Shown here one piece after another: positions 47,930-56,934 of a DNA stretch of 64,000 nucleotides. The stretch covers positions 32,001 through 96,000 of the forward strand of contig JAWOEX010000028.1 in the NCBI GenBank assembly GCA_046482545.1. The letters run 5' to 3'. Position 1 is the stretch's first letter. Each line of letters opens with the position of its first letter. The notes under the pieces were generated by a model that was given only the letters and a program-made list of their open reading frames with translations, searched no databases and was not told the DNA's origin. A program made the translations under genes and the position numbers. The DNA is from Candidatus Thorarchaeota archaeon. GTDB lineage: Archaea > Asgardarchaeota > Thorarchaeia > Thorarchaeales > Thorarchaeaceae.

Positions 47930-49669
47930 CTATCTTGTTCGGAAATAGATGAGCGCTACGACAAGCATAGATAGCAGCCCGAGTCCGAATATCGTTCCCC
48001 AAATCAACGGGGACAAGGGTTCTTGACGCAATGACTTTATTTCAACCCGTCTCCATCCAGTGCTTCCCGCATTGTTTACACTCGAGTTATCGGTAGCGGT
48101 TATTCTGTACCAGATTTCTTCTCCAATATCGAATGCACCAAGATGTGAGAAGTAGAGATGACCTTGTTCAGGCTCCATCGTATCGTTCTCTGGGTTATCT
48201 TTGTCAACACCCCATTCAATGGTAACAGATGAAATATTATTCAAATCCCACACGTAAGCCTGAACACTTAGATTCGTCGATGCAGGGCCATTATAGGAGA
48301 GGATTGTTCTGACCTCGGATATAGCGGGATCGTGCGCATCAGGGGTAACTGTGACCGTTATAACTTCAAAGGAAGTTTGATTGAAGAAATCTGTCAAAGT
48401 CAGATTGTACTGATGGGCACCAACACTCAGGCCATCCACGTTCATTGAGAAGTTTTCTCCCCGCCATGTTCCGTTATTCAGAATCGTATCATTTCGGGTG
48501 AGATTGAAGAATCGAGGGTTGCTTTCGTCAACAGTCCAATTGATATCATACCCCGTATATCCCTCCTCATAATCTAGGTCATCCGTTGCGTTTATGACAG
48601 GGGCGCGTACATCTCGATACACTGTCACATTAACCACATCGCTCGCATTTCGTCCATATGCGTCAAAAAGTGTCAGATTGAAAGAATAATTACCAAGGTA
48701 CATATCATCCACCATAAACGAGAGATCATCGCCCTTCGGGTTCTGGAGAGTCCATTCCTGTCCAGTAATATTGCTGGGTGGACCATGAACCTTTGACACA
48801 TTCCCATAGGTTTCATTCATGCCAAAAATAATGACGGTCAAGCTGTAGTTGGCGGGATTGCTATCATAAATGTGCCAAGTGATTTTATGGCCAGAAGATC
48901 CGAATTCGTACGAAATATCATCTGGCGAGGAAATTTCGGGATCTGAAAGGTCAGGAAAGACAGTGAAATTGAATGAGCTTGTGGTATTGTGACCAAGAGT
49001 ATCGTTCAGGAAGATTGTATATTCATACCAATGTGTAGCATTGAGCCCATCGACTGATACCGAGATGTTCCCTTCTTCCCATTCACCACTCTCGATTGTG
49101 GTGAAATTATCGCTAGGCCAGTTTGATTGCCTCGTAATATTATAGAAATCAGGATTTGTTTCATTTACTTGCCAAGTTATTTTATGACCGAAGCTACCCT
49201 CTTCATAGTGGTCACCGAAATTACTTGAAACCTCAACCACAGGAGCAGCCTCATCAGCAATCACTGTAACAACAACCAAGTCAGATACACTCTCATTTTG
49301 AATATTGAATACAGTGCATTCAAAATCAAAACTGACTGGGACACTATAGGTTAGATTCTCTTCGTAGAGATGATCCAAGTCGATAGTTATATTCGAACCA
49401 TCCCAATCGCCTTCCTCGTAAACCTCCCCATCGCGAGTCACGGAGTAGTTCTTTGGGTCAGAAGCGGTTGCATTCCAAGTTATCGTCTCTCCAATGCTCC
49501 CGTTCTCAAAAGAGAAATCTGCGGGACCACTGATTGTGGGTGCAGCTGGGACAAAGATAATATCGCCAGTATCAGCTCCGATTAGAACGGTATTTGCAAT
49601 CGAAGGAACCAACAAGACTGATAATATTAACAACACAGCTCCGGGTTTGCCGAGAGTTCTTGGATACAT
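47930..49669 (-). CDS. Surface protein with 4-5 tandem Ig-like repeats and C-terminal TM
   Basis: Repeats of P.I....D..YE.G..G..I.W...D.NP..Y...R....G.W; signal peptide; TM with FRTR tail. Confidence 0.82.
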   Translation of the reverse strand: MYPRTLGKPGAVLLILSVLLVPSIANTVLIGADTGDIIFVPAAPTISGPADFSFENGSIGETITWNATASDPKNYSVTRDGEVYEEGDWDGSNITIDLDHLYEENLTYSVPVSFDFECTVFNIQNESVSDLVVVTVIADEAAPVVEVSSNFGDHYEEGSFGHKITWQVNETNPDFYNITRQSNWPSDNFTTIESGEWEEGNISVSVDGLNATHWYEYTIFLNDTLGHNTTSSFNFTVFPDLSDPEISSPDDISYEFGSSGHKITWHIYDSNPANYSLTVIIFGMNETYGNVSKVHGPPSNITGQEWTLQNPKGDDLSFMVDDMYLGNYSFNLTLFDAYGRNASDVVNVTVYRDVRAPVINATDDLDYEEGYTGYDINWTVDESNPRFFNLTRNDTILNNGTWRGENFSMNVDGLSVGAHQYNLTLTDFFNQTSFEVITVTVTPDAHDPAISEVRTILSYNGPASTNLSVQAYVWDLNNISSVTIEWGVDKDNPENDTMEPEQGHLYFSHLGAFDIGEEIWYRITATDNSSVNNAGSTGWRRVEIKSLRQEPLSPLIWGTIFGLGLLSMLVVALIYFRTR

Positions 49670-49874
49670 CTAAACAACTTCCTGCGGACCCTAAAGTCAC
49701 AGCTTCGCGTGACGAGTCGGTTTTCGAGGTAACGTTTTATAGTCTTCGGTACTCCATTTCTGGACCTCAGGTTTTTTTCCTGTCTTAGATGCATCAGACT
49801 AACTCTCATAAGCAGTAGTGGAGCAATGTGTATCAACAGCGAAGAAAGAAAGCTTCTCACGGTGAATCTTAGAA

Positions 49875-50831
49875 ATGCCTCAAGCTATGTACACAGTATG
49901 GTGGCACGATACCCTAGGCCCAATGGTAGGCAGGAGTTATCCTGAATCTACCCGTCTAACTAGCGAAGAAGCGGTTACCATATTCATGAGTCATGGAAAC
50001 GATATGAAGGCAGAAATAGGTTATACCAAGCTTCCAAAGGGTCTGATTATCTCATATATGGAGCGGCCCAATTGCATAGCTGTCCTGCTCGACAAAGATG
50101 ACGAACCTTCAGTCATTGAAAGGAATCTCCAAAGAGTTGTATCAAAGATGGATTTCAACTCTGAGTCTTGGGAAGACGAAATCAAGTATGCCTTCCAACG
50201 TCTTGAGGAGCTGATTCACGAAACGACGGGAAATGAATTGCTGTCGAAACCAGAGGTGCGGCAACTCATCGTTGATATGGGTAGAAGGAGAATAGGACCA
50301 ATAAAACCCAAGCAATCGCTGATGGCAGTTACAGAATATCCAGTTGCAAAGGAGTACTTAGGGGCTGGTCATGAAGAGGTAGTACGAACACTAGAAGATC
50401 TCGAGGAGGAGGGGTTCATAGTAGGAAAAACGTACGGAAGAAGCATCCAGTGTCAGCATTGCGGAAGCACCCAAGTTGAGCTTGTACTGAAATGTCCTGA
50501 TTGTGGTTCAACAAGCTTGCATAAAGTGTACACAGTTTTCTGCCCAAATTGTAGGAGTCGCTTCCATACGGTCGTCGGTGACGAAATCTCAGAAGTGATC
50601 TGCCAAAAATGCAAAGAAGCAATTCCTCTTTCAAAACTACAAGTCTTGGAAGTAGAGCCACTATGTAATGAATGTGGAAAGGTGACTAATGAGCCCAAGA
50701 TTGATTTCAAATGTGTTACATGTGGTAAAGAATTCCAGATAATCGACCTGATGGGTGGCACCACAGTCGCTTACCACCTTTCTGATCGTATCAAAGAACG
50801 AACTAATAACATCAAAAAAGGTAAATCATAA
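49875..50831 (+). CDS. Longin-like N-terminal domain fused to a TackOD1-like wHTH/multi-Zn-ribbon domain
   Basis: WWHDTLGP...YP start; LEDLEEEGFI; six CxxC pairs. Confidence 0.65.
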   Translation: MPQAMYTVWWHDTLGPMVGRSYPESTRLTSEEAVTIFMSHGNDMKAEIGYTKLPKGLIISYMERPNCIAVLLDKDDEPSVIERNLQRVVSKMDFNSESWEDEIKYAFQRLEELIHETTGNELLSKPEVRQLIVDMGRRRIGPIKPKQSLMAVTEYPVAKEYLGAGHEEVVRTLEDLEEEGFIVGKTYGRSIQCQHCGSTQVELVLKCPDCGSTSLHKVYTVFCPNCRSRFHTVVGDEISEVICQKCKEAIPLSKLQVLEVEPLCNECGKVTNEPKIDFKCVTCGKEFQIIDLMGGTTVAYHLSDRIKERTNNIKKGKS

Positions 50832-50840
50832 CAAGTTTTT

Positions 50841-51623
50841 ATGAACAGCCATATTATAATAATCATGGCAATCGGAATAATCGGCGGCTCAGGATTTTAT
50901 GAGTGGTTTGAAGGATCTACAGAGAAGAAGGAGACTCCTTTCGGTCTTAGCTCACCAATAACTATGGTTGACAGGAAGGAGGTGCCAGTATATTTTCTCG
51001 CACGGCATGGTCCCGAACATGGTCTTCCTCCGCATCTCGTGAATTATAGAGCCAACATCTATGCATTACGAGAAGTAAGTGTTACTCACATCATTGCAAC
51101 AAATGCCGTGGGAAGCTGCAAACAGGCAATAAAGCCGGGGGATTTCATGGTTCCAAATCAGCTTATAGACCTGACCACTGGAAGGCAGTCCACCTTCTTT
51201 GAAGGTAGCCGACAGAAAGATGTGCCAGAAGAATTCATGAAAGTCAAACATACCGATGTCAGCTTCCCTTACAAGGGAGATGTCCGAGATGTCATAATCG
51301 AAGTTCTCTCTGACGGGGATATTGATTTCCATGATAATGGGACATATGTGACTACAAATGGCCCCCGATTTGAAACAGCCGCTGAGATCCAAATGGCTAA
51401 ACTGTTTGGCGGCGATATTGTGGGCATGACAAGCGCCCCTGAAGCATTTCTCGCCCGTGAGCTTGAGATTGATTATGCTACAGTTTGTTTGATAACTAAC
51501 TATGCAGCCGGCATGCAGGACACAATCTCACATCAGGAAGTCATCAAGCTATTTGATTCGCGCACAGAGGATCTCAAGCGAATCATTAAGAGGTGCTTGA
51601 GCCGCTTAGATGAGAAGATTTAG
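50841..51623 (+). CDS. mtnP: Methylthioadenosine/methylthioinosine phosphorylase
   Basis: IGIIGGSG, LARHG..H..PPH.VNYRANI, GPRFETAAE and VGMT..PEA.LARE motifs. Confidence 0.88.
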   Translation: MNSHIIIIMAIGIIGGSGFYEWFEGSTEKKETPFGLSSPITMVDRKEVPVYFLARHGPEHGLPPHLVNYRANIYALREVSVTHIIATNAVGSCKQAIKPGDFMVPNQLIDLTTGRQSTFFEGSRQKDVPEEFMKVKHTDVSFPYKGDVRDVIIEVLSDGDIDFHDNGTYVTTNGPRFETAAEIQMAKLFGGDIVGMTSAPEAFLARELEIDYATVCLITNYAAGMQDTISHQEVIKLFDSRTEDLKRIIKRCLSRLDEKI

Positions 51624-53230
51624 CTATTCAGCTTCCCTTCTACTAGTTCTCTTGCGGCCGATATGATTTTCATCGCACCCTTCTCATTAAGGCCTTCAAC
51701 CTTCTGAGCTAACCGGTCAGCTCGTTCACCTGCAAGTTGTGCCGCTGACTCATACCCTTCTCTCTTGAGCCTATGCTCCATCTTCTCTCCCACACCGTGA
51801 ACCCTCCGCAAGGGCAATATCTTGGCTACTTTGCCGCCTAGCATATCTTCTAGGTCAGCATCAGAAACATCCGATGCTGCATCAATTATGTCCAATTGTT
51901 GTCGGATGGATTCAAAGTCTCTATCGTCAAGGTAGTTATCAACAGCCTCCTCAACCCTTTCTTCATCAAATCTGAGTTCCAAATCTTCCATCTCAATTTC
52001 TCTGGAAACTACATCTGGTACCCGCCCCATGAAATACAGCGATATGAACGCTAGGAGAATGGAAGTCTGCTCAGCTATTCTACTCGTAGCTTGGGACGGA
52101 GCAAATTCAATCGCCCCAATTTCAAGAAACCAGAAGAGTATTGCATAACCAAGATAAAGCATCCACACAGCAGCTAATCGTCTGGCTTTGGTTTTTGGAG
52201 AACCCACCTCGCCCCATATCAAGAGAAGTGTGCTTCCCATCAGGAGGCCTTCAACTAACCTCTCAAAAATCAATAATGGCAAGGCAAAGATGTAGAAGCT
52301 TTCTGCTACCCCTACTATATTGTACCCATAGAAGGCAGGACCAAATATTGTGAGTAATCCCATTCCCAATATTCCTGCGCGCAACGCCTCTTTTCGGTCG
52401 AGCAAATCCGCAATGAATCCGCCTATCAAAACTCCGGTTGCCAAAACAATGAAATCCAGACCTTCAATACCCGACAAGAAGACAAGCGAGTGATTATGAG
52501 ATAATGGCTCCATTGCTTGTGCCAATGTAGCTTTCGTAGCCGCGTACCACAGGAAATGAGCCGCCATGACGAATGCGAGCGGAACCAAATAACGGCTGGC
52601 CTTTCCCCGGACTGCAAGAGCCACCTGATCAAAATTCCATGGCCGAAAGCTCACAGAGACGAATAATGAAACCAGACATACTATCTCTGCAATTGGAGTG
52701 GTACTTGAACCGCCAACATAAGGCGACAGACTGAAGAATAGAAAAACACTATAAAAAACAAAAGCCACCGAGATAAGAACACCTGCGATCCGCCCTCTGA
52801 ATCGTGCCACAACAGTCCTGTTTAGGAAAACAGCCCAACTCCCCACCATCAAAACTAGTCCGGAGAATGTCAGAATTACTGTTGCGAACTCAAGTACGGG
52901 GGAGTATTGGTTAGGAAAGCCAAGAATCCACCCCAGAGTTCCTGCAACAAGTGGAGCCAAACCACCAATAAAAATGACTGCATCGAGCCGCTGAACCCTA
53001 TCCAAAATGCTGGCCATTAGCAATAGAGAAAACAACATTGAGAAAAGACCAAGCGTTAGAAACTTCATATTCGCATATGCCGTCCAAGCAGGAGCCACAA
53101 GTAAATAAATTGAACTAAAATGAAGCAGAATATAGGATAATGAGGGAGTAGAGAGAAGGTAGAAAATTGCCTTTTTCCATGGGAATTCTCGATATTCCAG
53201 CAAGTTATTTCCTCGAAATCCGATTTGCAA
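51620..53230 (-). CDS. Polytopic (~12 TM, MFS-like) membrane protein with C-terminal HhH domain
   Basis: RFRGRI and GFIADLLDRK MFS-like loops; acidic linker; LRRVHGVGEKMEHRLKREGY HhH. Confidence 0.7.
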   Translation of the reverse strand: MQIGFRGNNLLEYREFPWKKAIFYLLSTPSLSYILLHFSSIYLLVAPAWTAYANMKFLTLGLFSMLFSLLLMASILDRVQRLDAVIFIGGLAPLVAGTLGWILGFPNQYSPVLEFATVILTFSGLVLMVGSWAVFLNRTVVARFRGRIAGVLISVAFVFYSVFLFFSLSPYVGGSSTTPIAEIVCLVSLFVSVSFRPWNFDQVALAVRGKASRYLVPLAFVMAAHFLWYAATKATLAQAMEPLSHNHSLVFLSGIEGLDFIVLATGVLIGGFIADLLDRKEALRAGILGMGLLTIFGPAFYGYNIVGVAESFYIFALPLLIFERLVEGLLMGSTLLLIWGEVGSPKTKARRLAAVWMLYLGYAILFWFLEIGAIEFAPSQATSRIAEQTSILLAFISLYFMGRVPDVVSREIEMEDLELRFDEERVEEAVDNYLDDRDFESIRQQLDIIDAASDVSDADLEDMLGGKVAKILPLRRVHGVGEKMEHRLKREGYESAAQLAGERADRLAQKVEGLNEKGAMKIISAARELVEGKLNS

Positions 53231-53286
53231 GTGAAATCTAATAAGGACATCTGGTTCGAGTTATTTTTCCCAAAGGCCAAATTGCT

Positions 53287-54249
53287 ATGCCCGCAGGATA
53301 TAATTTTAATGCGAATCTTAGTCTCGTTTGGTTGGGTATTAGTTTGCAAAGAAGTCTGGGTGCGCAGGAATTCATGGTTATTGCTCCGGGAGGTGCTCCT
53401 GTATTCCATCATTCGAACAGAAATATAAAACGTCTTGATGAGCTACTTTCGGGCTTTCTTTCTGCAATCACTGCCTTCGCTAATGAATTTGGGGAGCGAT
53501 CAGTTCAGAGTCTCTCCTTCGAAGGCTCAGAGCTGCTCTATGAACATGGTAAAAATGGTCTAATATTCGTTCTTCTCATTGATGCTGATGCTTCAGAGAC
53601 GGTTCTCAGAGCAGTCCTCAAGGAGCTGAGTAAGAGATTCCAGAACAGATTCTCATCAGAAATCGGAATGGAAATCCCCATAGCTGACACATATGAGGGG
53701 TTCGATGAAGAAGTCAATGCAGTAGTGCAGAAGTATCGGAACGTTCTGAAGAAAGCCTCTCAACTCAATGGTTTTGTAGTACCACAGTTAAAGACCGAAC
53801 AGGATGAATCCGTTTTACATTCTGACATTCTGGATGAACTCCATCGCGATTATGGTAACTTGGGTGTTCGTGTCTTAGAGTCTATTGACGGAAATACCTG
53901 TATTCACGAAATCAAAGAGCAAACCGGTTTGGAGGAGAGCGACATCTTGGAAATCATAGAGCACCTAATCATCTCAGGAGCCATAGAAATCAAGTTATTA
54001 TGTCCATCTCTTCTAAAGGCCGATTCTCGTTTTGAAACTTATCTTGATCTTATCGGCTTGCCGCAGAAGGATTACCAAATTCTACAACGAGCAAGAATCC
54101 TCTGTGATGGACAGCATCCGCTTACAGAAATTAGTGAAAAAATTGATGTATCACCGGAACGTCTTTTCGACGTATTGTCTAAGATGGGGGACACGGATGT
54201 AGAGTGGTTGAAACAAGACCCAAGAGACGTTCAAAAAACGAACTATTAA
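53287..54249 (+). CDS. Longin domain plus two winged-helix repeats
   Basis: GGAPVFHH...LLSGFLSAI..F longin motif; IDGNTCIHEI and CDGQHPLTEI wHTH repeats. True start probably ~53357-53374. Confidence 0.75.
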   Translation: MPAGYNFNANLSLVWLGISLQRSLGAQEFMVIAPGGAPVFHHSNRNIKRLDELLSGFLSAITAFANEFGERSVQSLSFEGSELLYEHGKNGLIFVLLIDADASETVLRAVLKELSKRFQNRFSSEIGMEIPIADTYEGFDEEVNAVVQKYRNVLKKASQLNGFVVPQLKTEQDESVLHSDILDELHRDYGNLGVRVLESIDGNTCIHEIKEQTGLEESDILEIIEHLIISGAIEIKLLCPSLLKADSRFETYLDLIGLPQKDYQILQRARILCDGQHPLTEISEKIDVSPERLFDVLSKMGDTDVEWLKQDPRDVQKTNY

Positions 54250-54343
54250 GAGACTCAGAATGCAACAAGAGAGAAAAGCAATGTGTGGCTGAGTTATAAG
54301 TAAAAAGAAATATACCCATATGAAATCCCATAGGTGAAAGAGT

Positions 54344-55627
54344 GTGCCCCTTGAAATCATAGTTCTTCGAGATAGTGGTATTCCTCTCTTTCACTACGGC
54401 GCAGCTGGCTCAAAAAGACTTAATGAATTAGTAGCCGCCTTCTTATCTTCAGTTGGACATGTGGTTGAAAGATTCAGCAAAGAAGGAATTCGTGAAATAC
54501 GGTTTGAAGAAAGCAAGTTTGTATGGAAAAGAAAAGGAGACCTGTTTTTCATTGCCTTTGTGTCAGCACAAGATAGTAGTCAGGTTTATGATGTAATTCT
54601 GAATCAACTTGCAGATAGATTCGTTAGCAAATTCTATGAGACTCTATTGGAGAAAGAAGATGAGTCTTCCGAGTATGAGGGTTTTGCAGAAACCATAGAA
54701 GGGCTTCTGCGAAGATTTGATGGAGTTCCAGGAATGGCAAGAAGATACAAAACCTATCTTCTGCCGCTTGAGGACATGCACAGGATAAAGACTAGCCTTC
54801 GAAAGATAGAATCAACATCAGGGGTTGAAAGGGGAGCTTATCTTGTTGATGATGGATACATCATCGTCTCGAATCTGCGCACATATGAGCTAGAAGCAAC
54901 GCTAGATATGATATCAAACGGTGAGATTTCCTCTGAGAAATACCAAAGACCTGACTTCGTGGAACATCCCGCTCTCGATCAATCCAATCGCCTGCTCTTC
55001 CATGCAACGTCGAATGGTATCCTTCTGGTACTAGTTGTTGACTCCAAGGAAAGCCCTAGTGTGAGATTGAATTCGTTGAAGCGGTTAGAAAATAGAATTA
55101 TCGGGATTGATCCTGATACAGGAACGAAAATCGAACCACAAACAGAGAGAGAGCCTTTGGAATTTGAGGAGCACAAGATGCTTGTTCCACTGGTATCTGT
55201 CAATACAGAGCAGAAACATGACACGCCTTTGCTTGTTGAAGTACCCGAACACATGAAACACTTGGTTCTTCGAGTACTCCAAATTGCTGATAAAGGTCTG
55301 ACCATTGCTGAGATTCGAGAGGAGGCAGGAATGATGCGGAAAGAGATAGATGAGGTCTTGGCTCAAATAGTGGGCAGAGGCTTGGCCAGACTGTCTGAAG
55401 CTTATCCGTTTCTTACAATGGAAGATTCTCGATTCAAAGCTTATCTGGATATCGTCGGTATTCCTAAAAGGGACCAAAGAGTCCTAAACACAATTTGGCA
55501 TCACTTGGATGGAGACCACTCCATCAGGGATATAGCAGAAAAGACCACAGAATCACCCTCAAAGATTGTGAGTGTTTTACGCGCGCTCGGAAAAGTTGTA
55601 GAATGGCGAACAAGGAGAGCTGCTTGA
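54344..55627 (+). CDS. Longin plus roadblock-like domain plus two winged-helix repeats
   Basis: SGIPLFHY...LVAAFLSSV; GVERGAYLVDDGYIIVSN; ADKGLTIAEI and LDGDHSIRDI. Confidence 0.72.
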   Translation: MPLEIIVLRDSGIPLFHYGAAGSKRLNELVAAFLSSVGHVVERFSKEGIREIRFEESKFVWKRKGDLFFIAFVSAQDSSQVYDVILNQLADRFVSKFYETLLEKEDESSEYEGFAETIEGLLRRFDGVPGMARRYKTYLLPLEDMHRIKTSLRKIESTSGVERGAYLVDDGYIIVSNLRTYELEATLDMISNGEISSEKYQRPDFVEHPALDQSNRLLFHATSNGILLVLVVDSKESPSVRLNSLKRLENRIIGIDPDTGTKIEPQTEREPLEFEEHKMLVPLVSVNTEQKHDTPLLVEVPEHMKHLVLRVLQIADKGLTIAEIREEAGMMRKEIDEVLAQIVGRGLARLSEAYPFLTMEDSRFKAYLDIVGIPKRDQRVLNTIWHHLDGDHSIRDIAEKTTESPSKIVSVLRALGKVVEWRTRRAA

Positions 55628-55628
55628 A

Positions 55629-56390
55629 ATGGCTGGGAAAATAGTTGCAGTTCATAGCTTTCGAGGCGGCACAGGCAAATCAAATATTTCAGCTAACCTT
55701 GCTGCTGTGGCCGCTCTCGGAGGGAAAAGAGTAGCTGTAATGGATACAGACGTTGCTTCCCCTGGAATCCATATTATATTCGGACTGGGGCGACAAAAAA
55801 TCCAGTATACCCTGAACGACTATTTGCGAGGAACATGTGATATTACAGACGCATGCATCGACATGACGGAGAGACTGGGTATAAAAGATGGGCGACTATT
55901 CCTGATACCAAGCTCGATGAGCGCTAGTGATATCACAAGAATACTCAGAGAAGGCTACGAGGTGGGCGACCTTCGAAATGGATTTAGCGAGATCATGAGC
56001 GCAAAGGACCTCGATTACCTCATAATTGACACTCATCCAGGATTGGACAGGGAAACTCTACTATCGATGGCAACAGCTGATGTTCTGTTCGTAGTCGCGA
56101 GAATCGATGAACAGGACTTGCTGGGTACTGCAGCTACTCTATCAGTTGCACGACGTTTAAAAGTACCTAGGATTTGGCTCATTATCAATAAGAAGCCCCG
56201 CATCTACGAAAACGAAGCCATCATCAAAGAGGTCGAAAATAAATTCAGAACCAAAGTTGCATCAATAATACCGATTGTTCCCATCTTGATAGAGGCTGGA
56301 AGCAGATACGTAGTGGCTCTCAAGCATCCTGATAACGTTTTCACGAAGGGGATGAACACCCTTTATCAGCTTCTGGAGAATGAAAAATAG
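55629..56390 (+). CDS. MinD/ParA-family ATPase
   Basis: Deviant Walker A SFRGGTGKSN, DTDVASPG and IIDTHPG. Confidence 0.9.
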   Translation: MAGKIVAVHSFRGGTGKSNISANLAAVAALGGKRVAVMDTDVASPGIHIIFGLGRQKIQYTLNDYLRGTCDITDACIDMTERLGIKDGRLFLIPSSMSASDITRILREGYEVGDLRNGFSEIMSAKDLDYLIIDTHPGLDRETLLSMATADVLFVVARIDEQDLLGTAATLSVARRLKVPRIWLIINKKPRIYENEAIIKEVENKFRTKVASIIPIVPILIEAGSRYVVALKHPDNVFTKGMNTLYQLLENEK

Positions 56391-56442
56391 TTATATTGCA
56401 GAATAATGATAGCCCTTTCTATAGAACTACGTGAGACAGTGA

Positions 56443-56886
56443 ATGATGAATGTCAGCGTACGTATGGCCGATGCGACAGACCGCGAGGAGCTGAAGGACT
56501 TCTATTCCAGAGAAGGGCAGAATTTCGAAGAAATCATGGGCCAAAGGGGTGCTTTTTCTCATTCTGAGACAATGTATATTGTGGCTGAGATGCAGGGCAT
56601 GATAGTCGCGGCACTCAGACTGAGCATAGGAAAGAAACCGGGTGTCGGAAAGGTGGGCATCATCCAGCACTTTGAGGTCGAAGATGAGCTGGAGCAGACA
56701 GAGCTCGGCCCCAGTATGCTGGAAGAAGCTGTACGGATAGCGAAGGAGAAGGGTCTCCGAGCACTTGATGCAACCGTTCGCGACGAGCGATCAGACGTTA
56801 TTCACCTGTACAAACAAGCAGAGTTTGAGGTTGAGCACAAAGAAACCTACCTGAGACGGAAGTTCAGAAAGCGCTTTTTCACTTAG
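56443..56886 (+). CDS. GNAT family N-acetyltransferase
   Basis: VRMA...D, FEVEDELEQTELGPSML and LYKQAEF pattern. Confidence 0.75.
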   Translation: MMNVSVRMADATDREELKDFYSREGQNFEEIMGQRGAFSHSETMYIVAEMQGMIVAALRLSIGKKPGVGKVGIIQHFEVEDELEQTELGPSMLEEAVRIAKEKGLRALDATVRDERSDVIHLYKQAEFEVEHKETYLRRKFRKRFFT

Positions 56887-56934
56887 TCAGAATCCCATTG
56901 TACTGAAACAGGATTAGGGTCCCAACCAGCATAG

